The position numbers and the translations under genes are program-made. A stretch of 64,000 nucleotides of DNA from contig OZ024745.1 in assembly GCA_964016885.1 (NCBI GenBank), forward strand, positions 76,260,001-76,324,000, given 5' to 3'. Source of the DNA: Eledone cirrhosa. Lineage: Eukaryota. The stretch's first letter is position 1, and each line of letters starts with the position of its first letter. The notes beneath the pieces are model-generated. The model ran no database searches. It was not told the origin of the DNA and saw only the letters and a program-made list of their open reading frames with translations. Positions 50,418 through 63,309 of this stretch are shown here, piece after piece.

Positions 50418-52203
50418 GTGAACGGTTACCTCTCGGAGCCATTCCATATTACGCGATCCATTCGACAGGGATGCCCTCTCTCCTCCCTTCTGTACGTACT
50501 GACTCTCGAGCCACTACTGCGGAAGCTGGAGCTATTGCAGGGCATCCCTCTGGAACCGGGACTGCGGAAAGCGGCGTCGGCCTACGCCGACGACGTGACA
50601 GTAATGGTGTCGAGCGCCTCGCAAATCGAGGAAGTCGGCACCTTACTAAAGGAATACGAAAGTCTCACAGGAGCGAAGCTGAACCGGGACAAGTCCATCG
50701 GTTTGCAACTCGGATCGTGGAGAGGCAGACCGATGCCTTCCGATGGCGTCGTCGGACGCTGGACGGAAGGACCGGTAAAGCTGCTCGGGGTCTGGTTTGG
50801 TCCGGACCTCCAGGTGGAGAAGAACTGGAACGAAGTGACGGCCAAGGTGTTTGCACTCACCCAGAAGTGGGCCGAGTGCAAACTATCCTTGAAAGGTCGA
50901 GCGGAGGTGGCGAACACTTTTATAGCGTCCGCCATCTACTACCGCTTGACCGTCGTGCCTTGTCCAGCCAAAACGCTCGCCAAAATGGAGCGCGCCCTCT
51001 TCCGATTCCTTTGGAAGAGGCGGGCTCCTTTGGTAAGAAGATCCATCTGCTGCCAACACCCTTCTAACGGAGGGCTGGGGATGCCGTGGTTGACGATGCG
51101 CAAACACGCGCTCAGGCTGCGGCATCTCTACGTATTCCTCACCGGACAACCGGTGTGGGCCCCGTTCGTGAGGCGAGCCTTCCCACGACTCGTCTCGCTG
51201 ACCGAGCTGCAGTCCTGGGTCAAGCAGAGACCGAGGAAAATGGGCGACTGGCACATCGAATGTGCTCAGGCGCTCACAGCCCTCTGGCAGGCGGACCCGG
51301 CGATCAGTGGAGACTCCACTTCGTCATTCTATAGAGGGTTGGTCCGCAGCAAGTGCGACGACGCGCTCGGTGAAACTCTAGGCGTGGAGGAAGATGAACT
51401 GGCCAGTCTGTTCGGTAGGACCTTCCGCCCGGGACCGATGGACAACTTCCAAAAGTCCCTGGCCTGGCAGTGCTACCGAGGAGCTCTACCAGTTCGAGAC
51501 AAGCTCTACAGACATGGGCGCCCGGGCAGGGACCCTGCAAAAAAGATCTGTCCGAGGTGCGTGCGAGACGAAGAAACCGTCGCGCACGCATTCATACACT
51601 GCCCGGGCGTCACTGACCTGTGGGGCTATGTAGAACGACTATTGTCGCGGGTGGGACCAATCCAGTTGACCACCGAGTCCATTGTTATGATCAAACCGCC
51701 ACCCTCCTTCAAAAACGAAGGAGAGGCGGTTTTCCTTTGTGTGATAGCTATGGCGAAAGAGGTTGTATGGTGGACAAGGTTGAAAGGGCTGAGGTCAGAC
51801 ACCTTTCTCTCCGGCCAACAACTGATTCTTTTTTTCAAATACCACTTTGGAAGAAGAATCAGGATGGAGAGAGAGGTGCTGTACCCCAGCAAGTTTTATG
51901 AAAGGTGGGTGAAAGTGGCGAGAATGGCCCGAGTGAATGGGCCTTCTCTCTATATCAGCCTGTAGGTTGAGGAAAAGGAGGAGGAGAGGAAAGGAGTACA
52001 AGCTCTTCGTACTCCTGGAGATGAGGGTTGCACATTTTTTTCGGGGGTCTGTGTTACCCATATAAACTGTCTCCCTCTATTGGGGAAAATCGACTAACTT
52101 TTAAATTCCATCTGTGATAACATTTTACACGTTTTTATTGTATGTAAACTTCCCCCTTTGTATTTGTCCCCTTCTTTTGTGCCCCTGTGGCTAATAAAGA
52201 AAT
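50418..52203 (+). mobile_element. L1/Tx1-clade LINE, 5'-truncated, uninterrupted ORF2 C-terminal 515 aa
   Basis: RSIRQGCPLS, AYADDVTV, LSLKGR, GGLG, CPRC...ETVAHAFIHC; stop at 51965; 3' UTR with AATAAA at 52193-52198; GC/CpG-rich relative to flanks, so probably young. Confidence 0.92.
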
Positions 52204-52204
52204 A

Positions 52205-52576
52205 TATCTATCTTTCTATATCTCTCTATTTAGTCACATGCATTTCTTCTTTTTCTTCGTTTCTCTTTCTTTCTTTTTTTACAACTGTCCACAATATTTT
52301 TTACTGCCAAATCAACCTCCCAAATGCAAGGTGATTGAAAGGTATGTCGTATCTATTTATTTATAAGACTGTTTATATTGTATTTTGTCTGAAGAAGGCA
52401 TAACATATTGTTAATATGATATCCCTGAAATATATATAACGAAATAAATATGGTTTTATAAATATAGTTTCCATTTATTTAATATCATAAATATACTCCA
52501 AATACTTGTTGAGTGCTTTTATATCAGTTATAAATATTTACTCGTTGTTAACCCAACAATTTAAATATAACTTTCC
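52205..52576 (+). mobile_element. Inverted PLE pseudo-LTR (281-bp copy of 48813-49093 plus ~90-nt tail)
   Basis: 52205-52485 is the reverse complement of 48813-49093 with no mismatch seen by eye. Confidence 0.85.
52381..52446 (+). ncRNA. Minimal type-I hammerhead ribozyme (right-arm copy)
   Basis: Stem I UAUUUUGU/ACGAAAUA (extendable); CUGAAGA; stem II AGG.../...CCU; GAAA; palindromic stem III AUAUAUAU; AUA site after 52438. Confidence 0.75.
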
Positions 52577-52879
52577 ATATATTATATTATATATATCTAT
52601 TTTGCTTTCAATCATCAGAATGAGGGAGTGGGGTCCATATCATTCCACTGCAAAGTGGTCGTTGAGGTGCCACGGCAAAAAAGCACCCAGCACTCACTGT
52701 AAATGAGGTTGGTGTTAGGAAGGGCATCCAGCTGTAGAAATCAAGCCAGAATCAGTTCCTGTCCCACTCTTGCAAGCAGGGAAAAAGCGGACGTAAAATG
52801 AAATGATGAATGATCTATATCTTCTCTTCTTTCTCCACTTATTATATATATATCAACAATTCCAAGGAGAGTCATATAG

Positions 52880-53640
52880 TAACTACACCAAATGGAACCT
52901 GAAGAGATAACATATGCCTTCAGCTTTGATGTGATCACTCTGAACACCTCGGTTCCGGCGCTCCCGGCCGTCGAGATACTGACAGAATGTGTCCAGTGTT
53001 CTCACCTACACTGCTTCGGGCTCACCTCCACTTTCATCCACCAGCTCCTATCTGTTGTCGTTGACAACACCTATTTCGATTTTCTTGGCTGCACATACCG
53101 ACAGACCTCAAAGCTACCCATGGGTTCAAGCCTGTTGGGTGTGCTGGCGATCTTGTATATGGACAGACTGGAACGAAAGGCACTCAACACCTGTCACCCC
53201 AATGCTGGTGGCTTCTTCTCAAGATATGTGGATGACATCCTCATCCTCACGTCTTCCCGGGCGATGGCGAACGGGATTTACGAGACGTTCAAAACAATAC
53301 GGACGAGAATATTGACTTCAGCATTGAACACCCCAGTGACGATGGCTCCCTTGCCCTCCTCGCTTTCCGACTGAACATCACAAAACAGGAAGAGATCAAC
53401 ACCAACTTTTACCACAAAGCGGCCTGCAGGAACTTGTTCGTCCACTTCGAATCTGCCCTCTCTAACAGTGCAAAAAGAGGGTACATCACAAACGAGATCA
53501 CGCGAATAAGAGATAGATGCAGTGATCCCATGAGTGGTGTCACCCACACCAAACAATCCATAGGGTGTTGGAAACAAATGGATACCCAGCATCGTTTACA
53601 AACAGAATGAGGGACAAAATGGGGGACAAAAGGAAAAAAC
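52880..53640 (+). mobile_element. Penelope-like reverse transcriptase fragment (frameshifted)
   Basis: SFDVITLNTSVP, NTYFDF...YRQTSKLPMGSSL...LYMDRLE, RYVDDIL, then FSIEHP..GSL and FYHK...FVHFESA. Confidence 0.85.
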
Positions 53641-53908
53641 GGAGTCAAATATTCATGTTAATCCCCTGTAATTCAATGAGCTCAAGGGATAAGAACGGGG
53701 CTTTTCATAATCCAGTAAATAGAGAAGAAAACACAAAAGGGAATGTTTTCAATTACGAGGGGTAGAGAACCACTAGAGAGAAAATCATAATGTTTACGAA
53801 AGGAGTGGAAAATACATCATCATCATCATCATCATCGTTTAACGTGCATCTTCCACGCTTGCATGGGTTTGGACAGGGCATATTAATTAAAAGAGTAAAT
53901 CAAATGTA

Positions 53909-54090
53909 CAGATCATTTTTATAGTTATAAAACACCTGGACAAACTCTAAAAGGAGAATGTCTCAGGGCTTCTCAACAGGTGTAAAGAAACTTTAGACAA
54001 CTGAAATATCGCACAGAGAAAGTATGGTATCGATACTTTATATGGTGAAACATTCTCTTTTCAGTTTGTCCAGGTGTTTTATAGTTATAA
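53909..54090. mobile_element. MITE with ~40-bp imperfect TIRs
   Basis: TAAAACACCTGGACAAACT...GAGAATGT / ACATTCTC...AGTTTGTCCAGGTGTTTTA. Confidence 0.75.
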
Positions 54091-54094
54091 AGGG

Positions 54095-54835
54095 ATATCC
54101 ATTTTTTTAATTTGAGAGGGTGGGTCTGTTTTTTATTTGGAGGGGATCCATTTATTGGGAGAGGGGTACGTTTTTTTATTTGGGGGATCCATTCTTTATT
54201 GGGGAGGATCCATTTTTATTTGGGTGATCCATTTTTTATTTGATAGATCCAATTATTTTTGGAGGAGAGGCGTTTTTATGAGGTGGAGTTGGGTTATTGG
54301 GGGTTCCATTTTTTGGGGGAGGTGGGGGTTGGGGTTCCGTTTCATATTAGAGGGAAGGTGTCCGTTTTTTATTAGATGGGGGTTCATTTTCTATTGGAGA
54401 TGGTCCGTTTTTATTGGGGGATTCATTTTTTATTGTGGAGGAGGGTCTGTTTTGTGTTGTGGAGGGGGGGGGGGGGATACGTTTCTTATTGGGTGGTGGG
54501 GGTGTCCGTTTTTCATTAGATGGGGGTCCGTTTTTTATTGGGGATAGTCCATTTTATATTGGAGGGAGGGTCCGTTTTTTTTGGTTGGCTCCATATTTTA
54601 TTGGGTGGGGGGTGTACGTTTTATATTGGAGGTTCCACTTTTTATTGGTGGGGTGTTCGGGTGGTTCGAGGGTTTCGGAGTTCGAGGGTTCAGGTTTCGG
54701 GGAGGTTTCGTATTTGGGTCGCTCGGGTTCGGTTGGTTCCTGTTTGGGGGATTCGGATTCAGGAGTCGGTGGATTCGGGTTCGGTGGATTCGGGTTCGAG
54801 AGGTTTCGGGTTCGAGGGGTTTCGGGTTCGTACCA
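54095..54835 (+). repeat. G/T-rich degenerate minisatellite followed by a (GGGTTC)n-like tract
   Basis: Repeating TTTT(T)ATTGG(G)n.TCC units to ~54650, then GGTTCG/GGATTCG units. Confidence 0.8.
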
Positions 54836-57800
54836 GTAACGTACCCATTACGTATCCCCCCAAATTACCGTTTACTATGATTGTTTTTGAGATAGGTTAG
54901 GGCGGCGGATTAGACAGTATCGGTTGAGTGTCGGACAACATGATTTGCGACATAAAGTTACGGCCCTTTACTTCCTGAGTTCAAATCTCGCCGAGATTAA
55001 CTTTGCCTTTCATCCTTAGGATGTTGATAAGATAAAGTACCAGTAATGTACTGGGGTCTCGCCCAGAATTTGTTGGCCTTGTGCCTAAATCAGAAACCAT
55101 TTATTATCATTATTGTTTCATTGTCTTTGTATCATTTTACCACCACCATTACTGGTGGTATTGGTGTTGTTTTTGTGTTCATTGCTTCTTCCTTCATATT
55201 GGGCATGGTAACCAGCTTGTCATTGATACTAGTTTATTAAAAATGGTACTGATGTCGCTGTGGCTGATATTATAGTAATAAAACGACCACAGTGCCTCTT
55301 GAACCGAGAACAACTAAAACTGGAACAATAAATATTTGATGACCGTAGACAGTTCATGGCGAAAGATGAAGACACATGTATAGGAAGATCATAGAAGCTG
55401 ACTGGAAGCTGGGCAAGAATGATAAAGCTTAAATTGAAGTAGACTACATACTTTAGCTGTTAACACTTAAATTAATCAAAACATCCTAGAGTTTACAAAA
55501 TCCACCAATGAGGAAATAGATATAAAAGAGAGGAATGAAGAAAAAAATAAGCGGTGAGTTATATGTTTACTGGACTTTAGCAAGCACAGCAGCGTTGATC
55601 TGCGACATATCACCCACTTACATAGTTGTGTTAACATCTGATGATATCGCAACAGTGCCGGTTGCTGATGTAATGATTGTATAGCAGCTCCACGCTAGTG
55701 TCACTGAAATACATATAAATAAGATTATGTAACATCTGTCTTAACGTTTATTTCATATATAGAAACTGGTTACGTTTGATCGCCACTTTTTTGCTGGATA
55801 GATACAACTGACGTGGAATGCTCTTACCTGCTGATTAATGCAACTAGTATTCTTTTTTCAATCGATTTTTGGATTTTATAGAAACTTCATCAGAAGACGT
55901 AATGATTGGTAAATACATTGGTACTGTTTCTGTCACATACAGGAATGTGTGTCCGAGAAGCATATACACATACACAAGGTCCGAACATAAAAGAACCAAA
56001 CTCCCATTGTCACTGCCTCCGTCTCTCTTGCTCTCCCATCTCTCACTATTATGAGCAAATGGGGCTTACGCGCTGGCCGCCCCGTGGCCCCGGCGGACAG
56101 AATAGAGGATGATGAGGGAGACGCACTGGAAGAGCATTCTTTTAATGTAAATTAAATGGATTTCCTTCGTTTTCCCCTGAAGATTACGATCAACTGGACT
56201 ATCTGCGAATTGAATTAATACGTAAATGGCTATTTAGACAGAATCAATGTGATTCAGTGAGTGACTTGAATTATAGGTAGAACTGATTCTATGAACTTCC
56301 ATACAGATCCAATCCCCTCCAATTCCACTAGGCTATGGTAAAAGATACCTTCCTCAAGATACTACGCAAAGCAAACTTAACTATTTGGCTTTCATTTTTC
56401 GGAGGTAGATAAAAAAGTAGCAGTCCAGTACTAGGTTCAATTTTTCCTCTATATTTCTTTCTCACTTCTTTCTCTCACTCTATCTCCTTCTCTGGAAAGC
56501 TGTGTTCCGAACTGGAAAGGGGATGGGGCCTCGCCAGCTTTAAAACGTCGAAGAAACGCCACATGCCACTACGGCGCTCGTACACCACCACCAGGTGATG
56601 CGGATTCATACATATAAAAAAACAATCAAAGAAGCTATCAATAATAGCTGCAATAAAAGTGATGGAGGAATAGAAATAGTAGTATACCAGATTAAATGCC
56701 TAACAACAATTAATTGTTTCTACTTTAGGCACAAGGCCAGCAATTACCCAGTGCATTACTGGTACTTTATTTTATCGACCCCGTAAGGATGAAAGGCAAA
56801 GTCAACCTCGGCGGGATTTGAACTCAGATCGTAAAGGGACGTAACTATGCTGGAAAGCATGGCGTCCGACCCTCTACCGATACTGCCAATCCACCGCCTA
56901 ACAACAATTAATACCATCCATATATGTTTCGAAATTAACTGGCGTTAGGGTTCACTGAGCATTATATCCCAGTATTACTTATGGATTGGCAGAATCTGTA
57001 GAGCATTGGACACCATGCTTCGCGGCATAGTTACGTCTCTTTACGTTCTGAGTTCAAATCCCGCGGAGGTTAGTTTTGCCTTTCATCCTTACGGGGTCGA
57101 TAAAATAAAGTACCAGTAATACACTGCAGTCGATTTAACTGACTTTCCCCTTCCCCCAAATTGCTAGCCTTGTGCCTAAAGTAGAAACAATTATTACTGA
57201 TAATATAACTACAAATAATATACCGGAAAGGTATATTATTCCATTCTTCTTGGGACAATGAACGAAATCAGTAATATTTTCAGTAAAGGCTGTCGAACAG
57301 CAGAAACAGTTGGACGCCAGACTGAATATGTCTACTATTTTGTGAAAATGAAATAATTTCTTTTAATATTGATTTAAATTCAGAGCACAGAGTCATATCT
57401 AAATACCTTGAGGTATTTAGTTCAACGCTTTAATTATTCGTCCATTCAACCGTAGTTTCAATTAATAATTCTTACTAATATTGACACGAAGTCAGCAATT
57501 TGGTGGTTGGAGAAAGTAGTTTATATCTCAGTATTAACTGGTATTTTATTTTATCGAACTCGAAACGATGAAAGGAATAGTTGATTTCGACGGAAATTGA
57601 ATTCAGAACGTAAAGAGCCGTAACAAATGCTGCTATGCATTTGTTCGACGCTCTAATAACTGTCAACCCGCCGCTCTGTAGTTTCTACTAATAATGGTTT
57701 CTGATTTAGGAACAAGGCCAGCAATTTTTGAGGAGGGAAAAGTCGATTAAATCGACGCCAGCACGTTACTAGTATTTTATTTTATCGATCCTGTAAGGAT

Positions 57801-59069
57801 GAAAAGCAAAGTTAACTTCAGCGGGATTTGAACTCAGAACGTAAAGGGAGCATGTTGTCCGACGCTCTACCGATTCTGCCAATTCACCGCCCTCTAGTTC
57901 CCATTAATAATAAAAGTCAGGCAAGGGAAGTTGATTGTAGAATAGGTAGAACGAACACCCCCCCCCCCCAAAAAAAAAACGTTTCGTTCATTAACTATAC
58001 CAATTTATATTCTGAGTCCAAATCCCTACAGAGCCGATTTAATCGACTGTCTTTCTTATAAAAATTATGGTCTAATAGAATGTTAGAAATTAATATTTAA
58101 AGATAGATGATGTATGTCAAGAGGTTAAAACAAACAAAACTAGCCTGTAAAAATGATTTTACAAACTGTTATAGTTTATGCGTAACTATAGTTGTATTTA
58201 AGATATTTTTGCAAATGCGTAGTTTCACATTCAAGCCCATGGAGAAATGTTTTTTATCATCGTTTCTCATCGACCAGAACACAACGAGTGGAATTAGGTT
58301 AATAGAAACTGCAGAGGATCGTCGGTGAGACCGTTCCTGTTCTTGGGTTATAAACCCAATCCGTCACTTGCTTTAACGTTACCATCTGACCCACGAGTGA
58401 TTTTAGCAGAGTCAACTTTGCTTTCAGAAATCCATGAGAGGCGTTGGTCGACGAAAGTTTACTCTACTGCGAAAATTTGAGCCAGGTGCCCTGTTTGAGG
58501 ATAACTTCCTTCCTTCTTCCTCTAAGTCACAGAAGCCACCTAAATGGTTATAAACGCTTCTCATTCTATTTTGACAAAGTCATAAAAAAAAAAAATTGAA
58601 ATATCTTATCTGGAAAATGTTATCATCTCTCTTTGAAAATTTTCTGCAGACTTGTATCAAATGTTATGAATGAGTTTTTTAATTTTTAAAATGTATTTTG
58701 AAACTCCAGAAAACATTGCCCTATGGAAAAGACCGGAATCTGGAGGATGTCACTTTAAAAGAAATGCCATCATTAGCGAAAATAAAAAGTACGGAATAAA
58801 TATGTTTGTTCAAGATTGACACAACTGGAAATGTGAAATCAAATCTCCACTAAAAGTCTTATTTAAAAAATTTTTTTTTTCAACATTGGATGAAATAGAA
58901 TTAATGTGTTTTATGATGGATAGTTCGTGTGCAGTAGAATGGTTGTAAAATCCCAGCGTGGTGAACCTGAAATATAGATTCGATTCCTGCAAGAACCATT
59001 TCATTTCATAGTTTCCTTCTACTTTCAATTATAGTCATAGTTAATAAGCTGGAAAAGAATGGGCTCTGT

Positions 59070-59430
59070 TGGTCTGACTCATCCCTTGACACACTATACG
59101 AAGACGGATCCATCTGGCTGGCTTAGTCCTGAAATAATTCATGCAGCTAGGATACACTTGACTGATATACATTTGTAACAGTGTGGTTGACTCACTCTTG
59201 ATTTACTGTTTGAAGAGATGCGCACCTTGCTGACTTAACCATCATACACTATATGAAGAAGTATCCATATAAATGATTACCCTAACATACTGCAGAGGGC
59301 TGTAGCTGGTTGACTTATCCTTCATATTCTATATGAAAAAAAAAAAAAAAAATCAACCTGACTAACTTACTATTGACACATATGAAAAAGGACCCTCCTT
59401 GCTGACTTACTCTTGATACACTGTATAAAG
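59070..59430 (+). repeat. Degenerate ~44-bp tandem repeat
   Basis: Recurrent tgact(t/c)a..ct.gata/cacactata.gaaga...cca units. Confidence 0.5.
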
Positions 59431-60104
59431 GCTAAATATTTGTAGTAATCCAACGATACATTACGGCATTTATTTACATTTAATAATATATCATGTAAGA
59501 AAAGATGGATCTATATAGAGAGGTAGGCTACTCGTTGTGTGGATGTAAAGAAGTAAATACTAGATTCTCAAGAGAAACGATCTTTTATCACACGTTTAAC
59601 ACGCACAGTGTAGAAAGAACCAGATTACTTTATCGTCATATCGTCTCTGGCTTATTGCATTATTTACAAACAGGTTTATCATTAGCGTTAGCTCATGAAT
59701 CTCAAGATTATCAAAATTACGACACTTACCTTAATAGGATTTGAACGTTATGAAAAATTAAACTACGGGTGTGACATATATTTTGGAGGTTATAACCCTA
59801 GTATGCTGAACATGGAAGTTGTTTTTAACACGCGAGGAATAACTGATGGATGAAATATAATTGAGAAGATTATTTTCATTCCAATACTTGGCATTGTCAT
59901 TATGGAATTGTCAAATATATTGAAAAGCTATCATTGTAGTCATGTTTTAAAGATATTCTGAAATAATATTCAATATTTTTTTCTCACATATCGAGACTGG
60001 AAACATAATGTGACGTATCACACAAAACGCTGCAAGTTTTGGTTTTGCCAGAGTTGTTAGAAAGTAAAGCAAAAACGTATTTGAAACGAAAGAATGGTAT
60101 TTAA

Positions 60105-60455
60105 CTAATGTAATGGTACGCGATGGGGCCCACCCACAGCCCCGGCGGACAGAATAGAGAAGGCGTTTCCCCGGAGGACGGCAAGGGAGACGCGCTGGAA
60201 AAACCACTCCAACTCGCGGGGCTCACACCTACGGCTGGCCAGCTCAGCGCCTATGGTGGTGAGTAAGGAGGTAGCCCTGGGGTCGAGGACACCAGAAGTT
60301 TTCACTGCCAGGGGAACGACCGCAAACCTGTCGGAGAGCGACCGGTATTTGAGGAGTTTGGCTCCCTCAGCCCGACGTGCAGCAGAACCTGGGTCAGTCG
60401 CAGACTGCACCAGGTTGAGGCTGCAGAAAGTGTCGGTGCAAGTGGCATCCCAGAC
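60105..60455 (-). mobile_element. CRE-clade retrotransposon 3' end (restriction-like endonuclease); a small related fragment at 56060-56135
   Basis: WDATCTDTF...AEGAKLLKY...VPLAVKTSG...FQRVSLAVLRGNA; ccccggcggacagaataga shared with 56088-56106. Confidence 0.8.
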
Positions 60456-62517
60456 AAGTGAAAGAAGATTCAATATTACGGACTGGATAAGAGACCAAAC
60501 ATATCAGGCGATTAACGCCTACCTGTAGTAACCAGGTAGGCGTTAATTGATTTTGTATAAATGCAATAGGTAACACATCTACTACAACATGTTTTAATAT
60601 CTCCCGTTAAACGTTTTCGCAATTTCATAATTACTTGTGAAACAATGTGAATTAGCAGTTTAATAGATTTGAGATATGAAGGATGTATACTTATTTTCAA
60701 TTTAAAAAAAAACCTAATTTTCTTTGTACACTGGTATTTTCAACTCAATAATGGTTTCTGATTTAGGCACAAGGCCATCAATTTTTTGGGGGAGGGGAAA
60801 GTCGATTAAATCGACACCAGTGCATTACTGGTACTTTATTTTATTGACTCTGTAAGGATGAAAGGCTAAACCAACCTCGGCGGGATTTGAACTTAGAACG
60901 TAAAGGGCCATAACTCTATGCCGCAAAGCATATTTTCTGACGCTCTACCGATACTTCCAATCCACAACCAGACACAATAATGCTGATTAGTCTTGTGCTA
61001 TCAACCACTATTAAGTATACCAGTTCCAACAAGACCTTAACTTTTATTATAGTCTGTGACCACATCTGATATAATCTCAAACCGACTGCTTGTTTCTAGA
61101 GTACACTACACTCAAATGCTTAAGTCTTTAATCGTTGATCCATTCTTAGCTGGCGAATTTGAGTGGTGATACTCCAGATGGCATTTGAGAAGTTAAGATT
61201 GATCAATTAGTATTCAAATGTTCTTTGAAATTAAGGTAACTTCACTATTGGTATCTATTTGTATATTCAAACTGACACTAGTCAATTCAACTTAAACTAA
61301 AGTTATTCTTTCTTGCTAGGTAATGTACATACATTTATTTCAGTTATACGATTTTCTTTTAAAAGCTACAAATTGATTGAAAGTCCTTATATGTTAGCAC
61401 AATTTACATATCCTTCTAAATGCGGAACATTTCCCTTTCATAGATACATGTTTATGAACATATTTGCATTTAGAAAATTCTTCATTTTGATTACATGATA
61501 GACATTGGGAATCCTAGGCGTATAAGAAATGTTGACTTTTGTTTCCTATTGTATGAAGTTCACACACGAGTTTATTCATACTAACAGTTTCGTATTTTTC
61601 TATAGCGCTATTCTTCGCACAAGCAACAACGCTACCACACTACTATGTTTTTCTTTTTCTTTTGTGTAATTTTTACGAATTATTTTTTTTCTGGCCTTTT
61701 CTCTGTCTTTTGTGAATGTTAATACCTCTTTATTCCACTATTCAGGCAACACATTTTCCCTCTCTGGTGATTACTCATCCACACCATTATGTCTATTTTA
61801 CTTTCTCATTACCCTTTCTTTCTCCATTTACCAGTATTGTTACTAACGCCACCATGACTTTCAACAGTCATTTTCTTACACTGAATTACTTTCCATTGCT
61901 CCTCGATACACAAGTAGTTACGTACTTACAAACAACAGTATTAATCGTTTTTTAACATAGGCACAAGGCCAGAAAATTTGGGGGAAGGGTTAGCCGATTA
62001 GATTGTTTCCAGTACTTGATATGTATTTAATTTCATTGGAAGGATGAAAAGCAAAGTTGACCACAATGGAATTTTAACTTAGAATGTAAAGTGTCACAAC
62101 AAATACTGCAATGCATTGTATTCTACTAATCCACCAATATAAAGATTATATGAAATCAGTTAATATCTGAACAATGTTAAAGGTTATAGTTTAAAGTATT
62201 TCCCGTACGTTTAACTTTTATTGTTCTTCTTTAGATTTTATTTTAATGCTACGTATCATGGGTAAACAGGTAAGTACGGGCGAAATGATATGATGTTACA
62301 CTATTCATCATGGATCATGAACAGATTTGCTGAGAACATTTCGTTATGTTTCTGAAGCACGAGTTCACTTAACTGTTGGGAAAAATATCAGAACAGCTAT
62401 ACAATGTTTAACCAAAGTGTCTGTCTTGACACTGAGTTGAGACATGGAATTATAGGCAGCGTATGCAACGGCTAGTGTTATACACGTTTTGTTGACTAGT
62501 GTTATACACAGGTATAA

Positions 62518-63309
62518 CACTAGTCAACACAATTTTGCTTTTTTTCTGCTGACCTAAGTTTGAGACCTGTTCTTGAGTAATTTAAGGCCGCTGAGTTTAA
62601 AAATGACAATACTTTTTTCTATCATGTGGTGAGACTGTTAAAAGCAATGGGTGCTCTACAGTATTACCCTCATGAATGGAGACTTTATAGATAGTTCAAA
62701 TAAGAGTCTAAAATGTGTATTATTCCATAATTGTTTCTACATTTGGCACAAGGCCAGCAGTTACCCAGTACATTACTGGTACTTTATTTTATCGACCCTG
62801 TAAGAATGAAAGGCAAAGTTAACCTCGACGGGATTTGAACTCAGACCGTAAAGGGACATAACTATGCTGGAAAGCATGGCGTCCGACCCTCCACCGATAC
62901 TGCCAAATGGAAACTTGTTAGGTGCAATTCCTATTGGTCAATCTGTGCACTTAAAAGAGAAGTATAAAAACATAAAACCTGTATTAGATTTACTCAAGTA
63001 TGATGAACACAAATGGGACATATGTGTGGATCTGAAAATGGTCAACTTTTTACTTGGTTAACAAGGAGAGTATACAAAATATCCACGTTTCATGTGTTTA
63101 TGGGATAGCCAAGTGAAAGACAAATATTGGGAACAGAAGCACTGGCCAGTTAGAAAAAGTTTGACTGTTGGAGAGAAGAATATCATACACCAACCACTTG
63201 TTGGGCGAGAGAAAACCTGATGTGTTAGGAAAAAATGGATGCCATATTTGAAATCAGCACCTCAAAATTAGCTAAAAACAACGAAACCTAAGCCAGCAGT
63301 TGACTAGTG
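62518..63309 (+). mobile_element. Chapaev3-like (CMC) DNA transposon, internally deleted, with a nested SINE
   Basis: TAA|CACTAGTCAAC ... GTTGACTAGTG|TAA; EWRLFIDSSNKSLKCVLFH[SINE]NGN...DLKMVNFLLG...TKYP.FMCLWDS; family assignment from recalled motifs. Confidence 0.7.

Noticed and set aside
50471-52061. Alternative-frame and antisense ORFs over the Tx1 LINE; GC-rich block as possible contamination or horizontal transfer
   Set aside because: Explained by a GC-rich young LINE with eukaryotic L1/Tx1 motifs and a poly(A) signal
55638-55680. CTGATGA plus GCAAC/GTTGC hairpin
   Set aside because: Lacks the GAAA core; not a hammerhead
58300-58560. CpG-richer unique segment, possible promoter or first exon
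   Set aside because: No recognisable ORF, splice partner or motif to support a call
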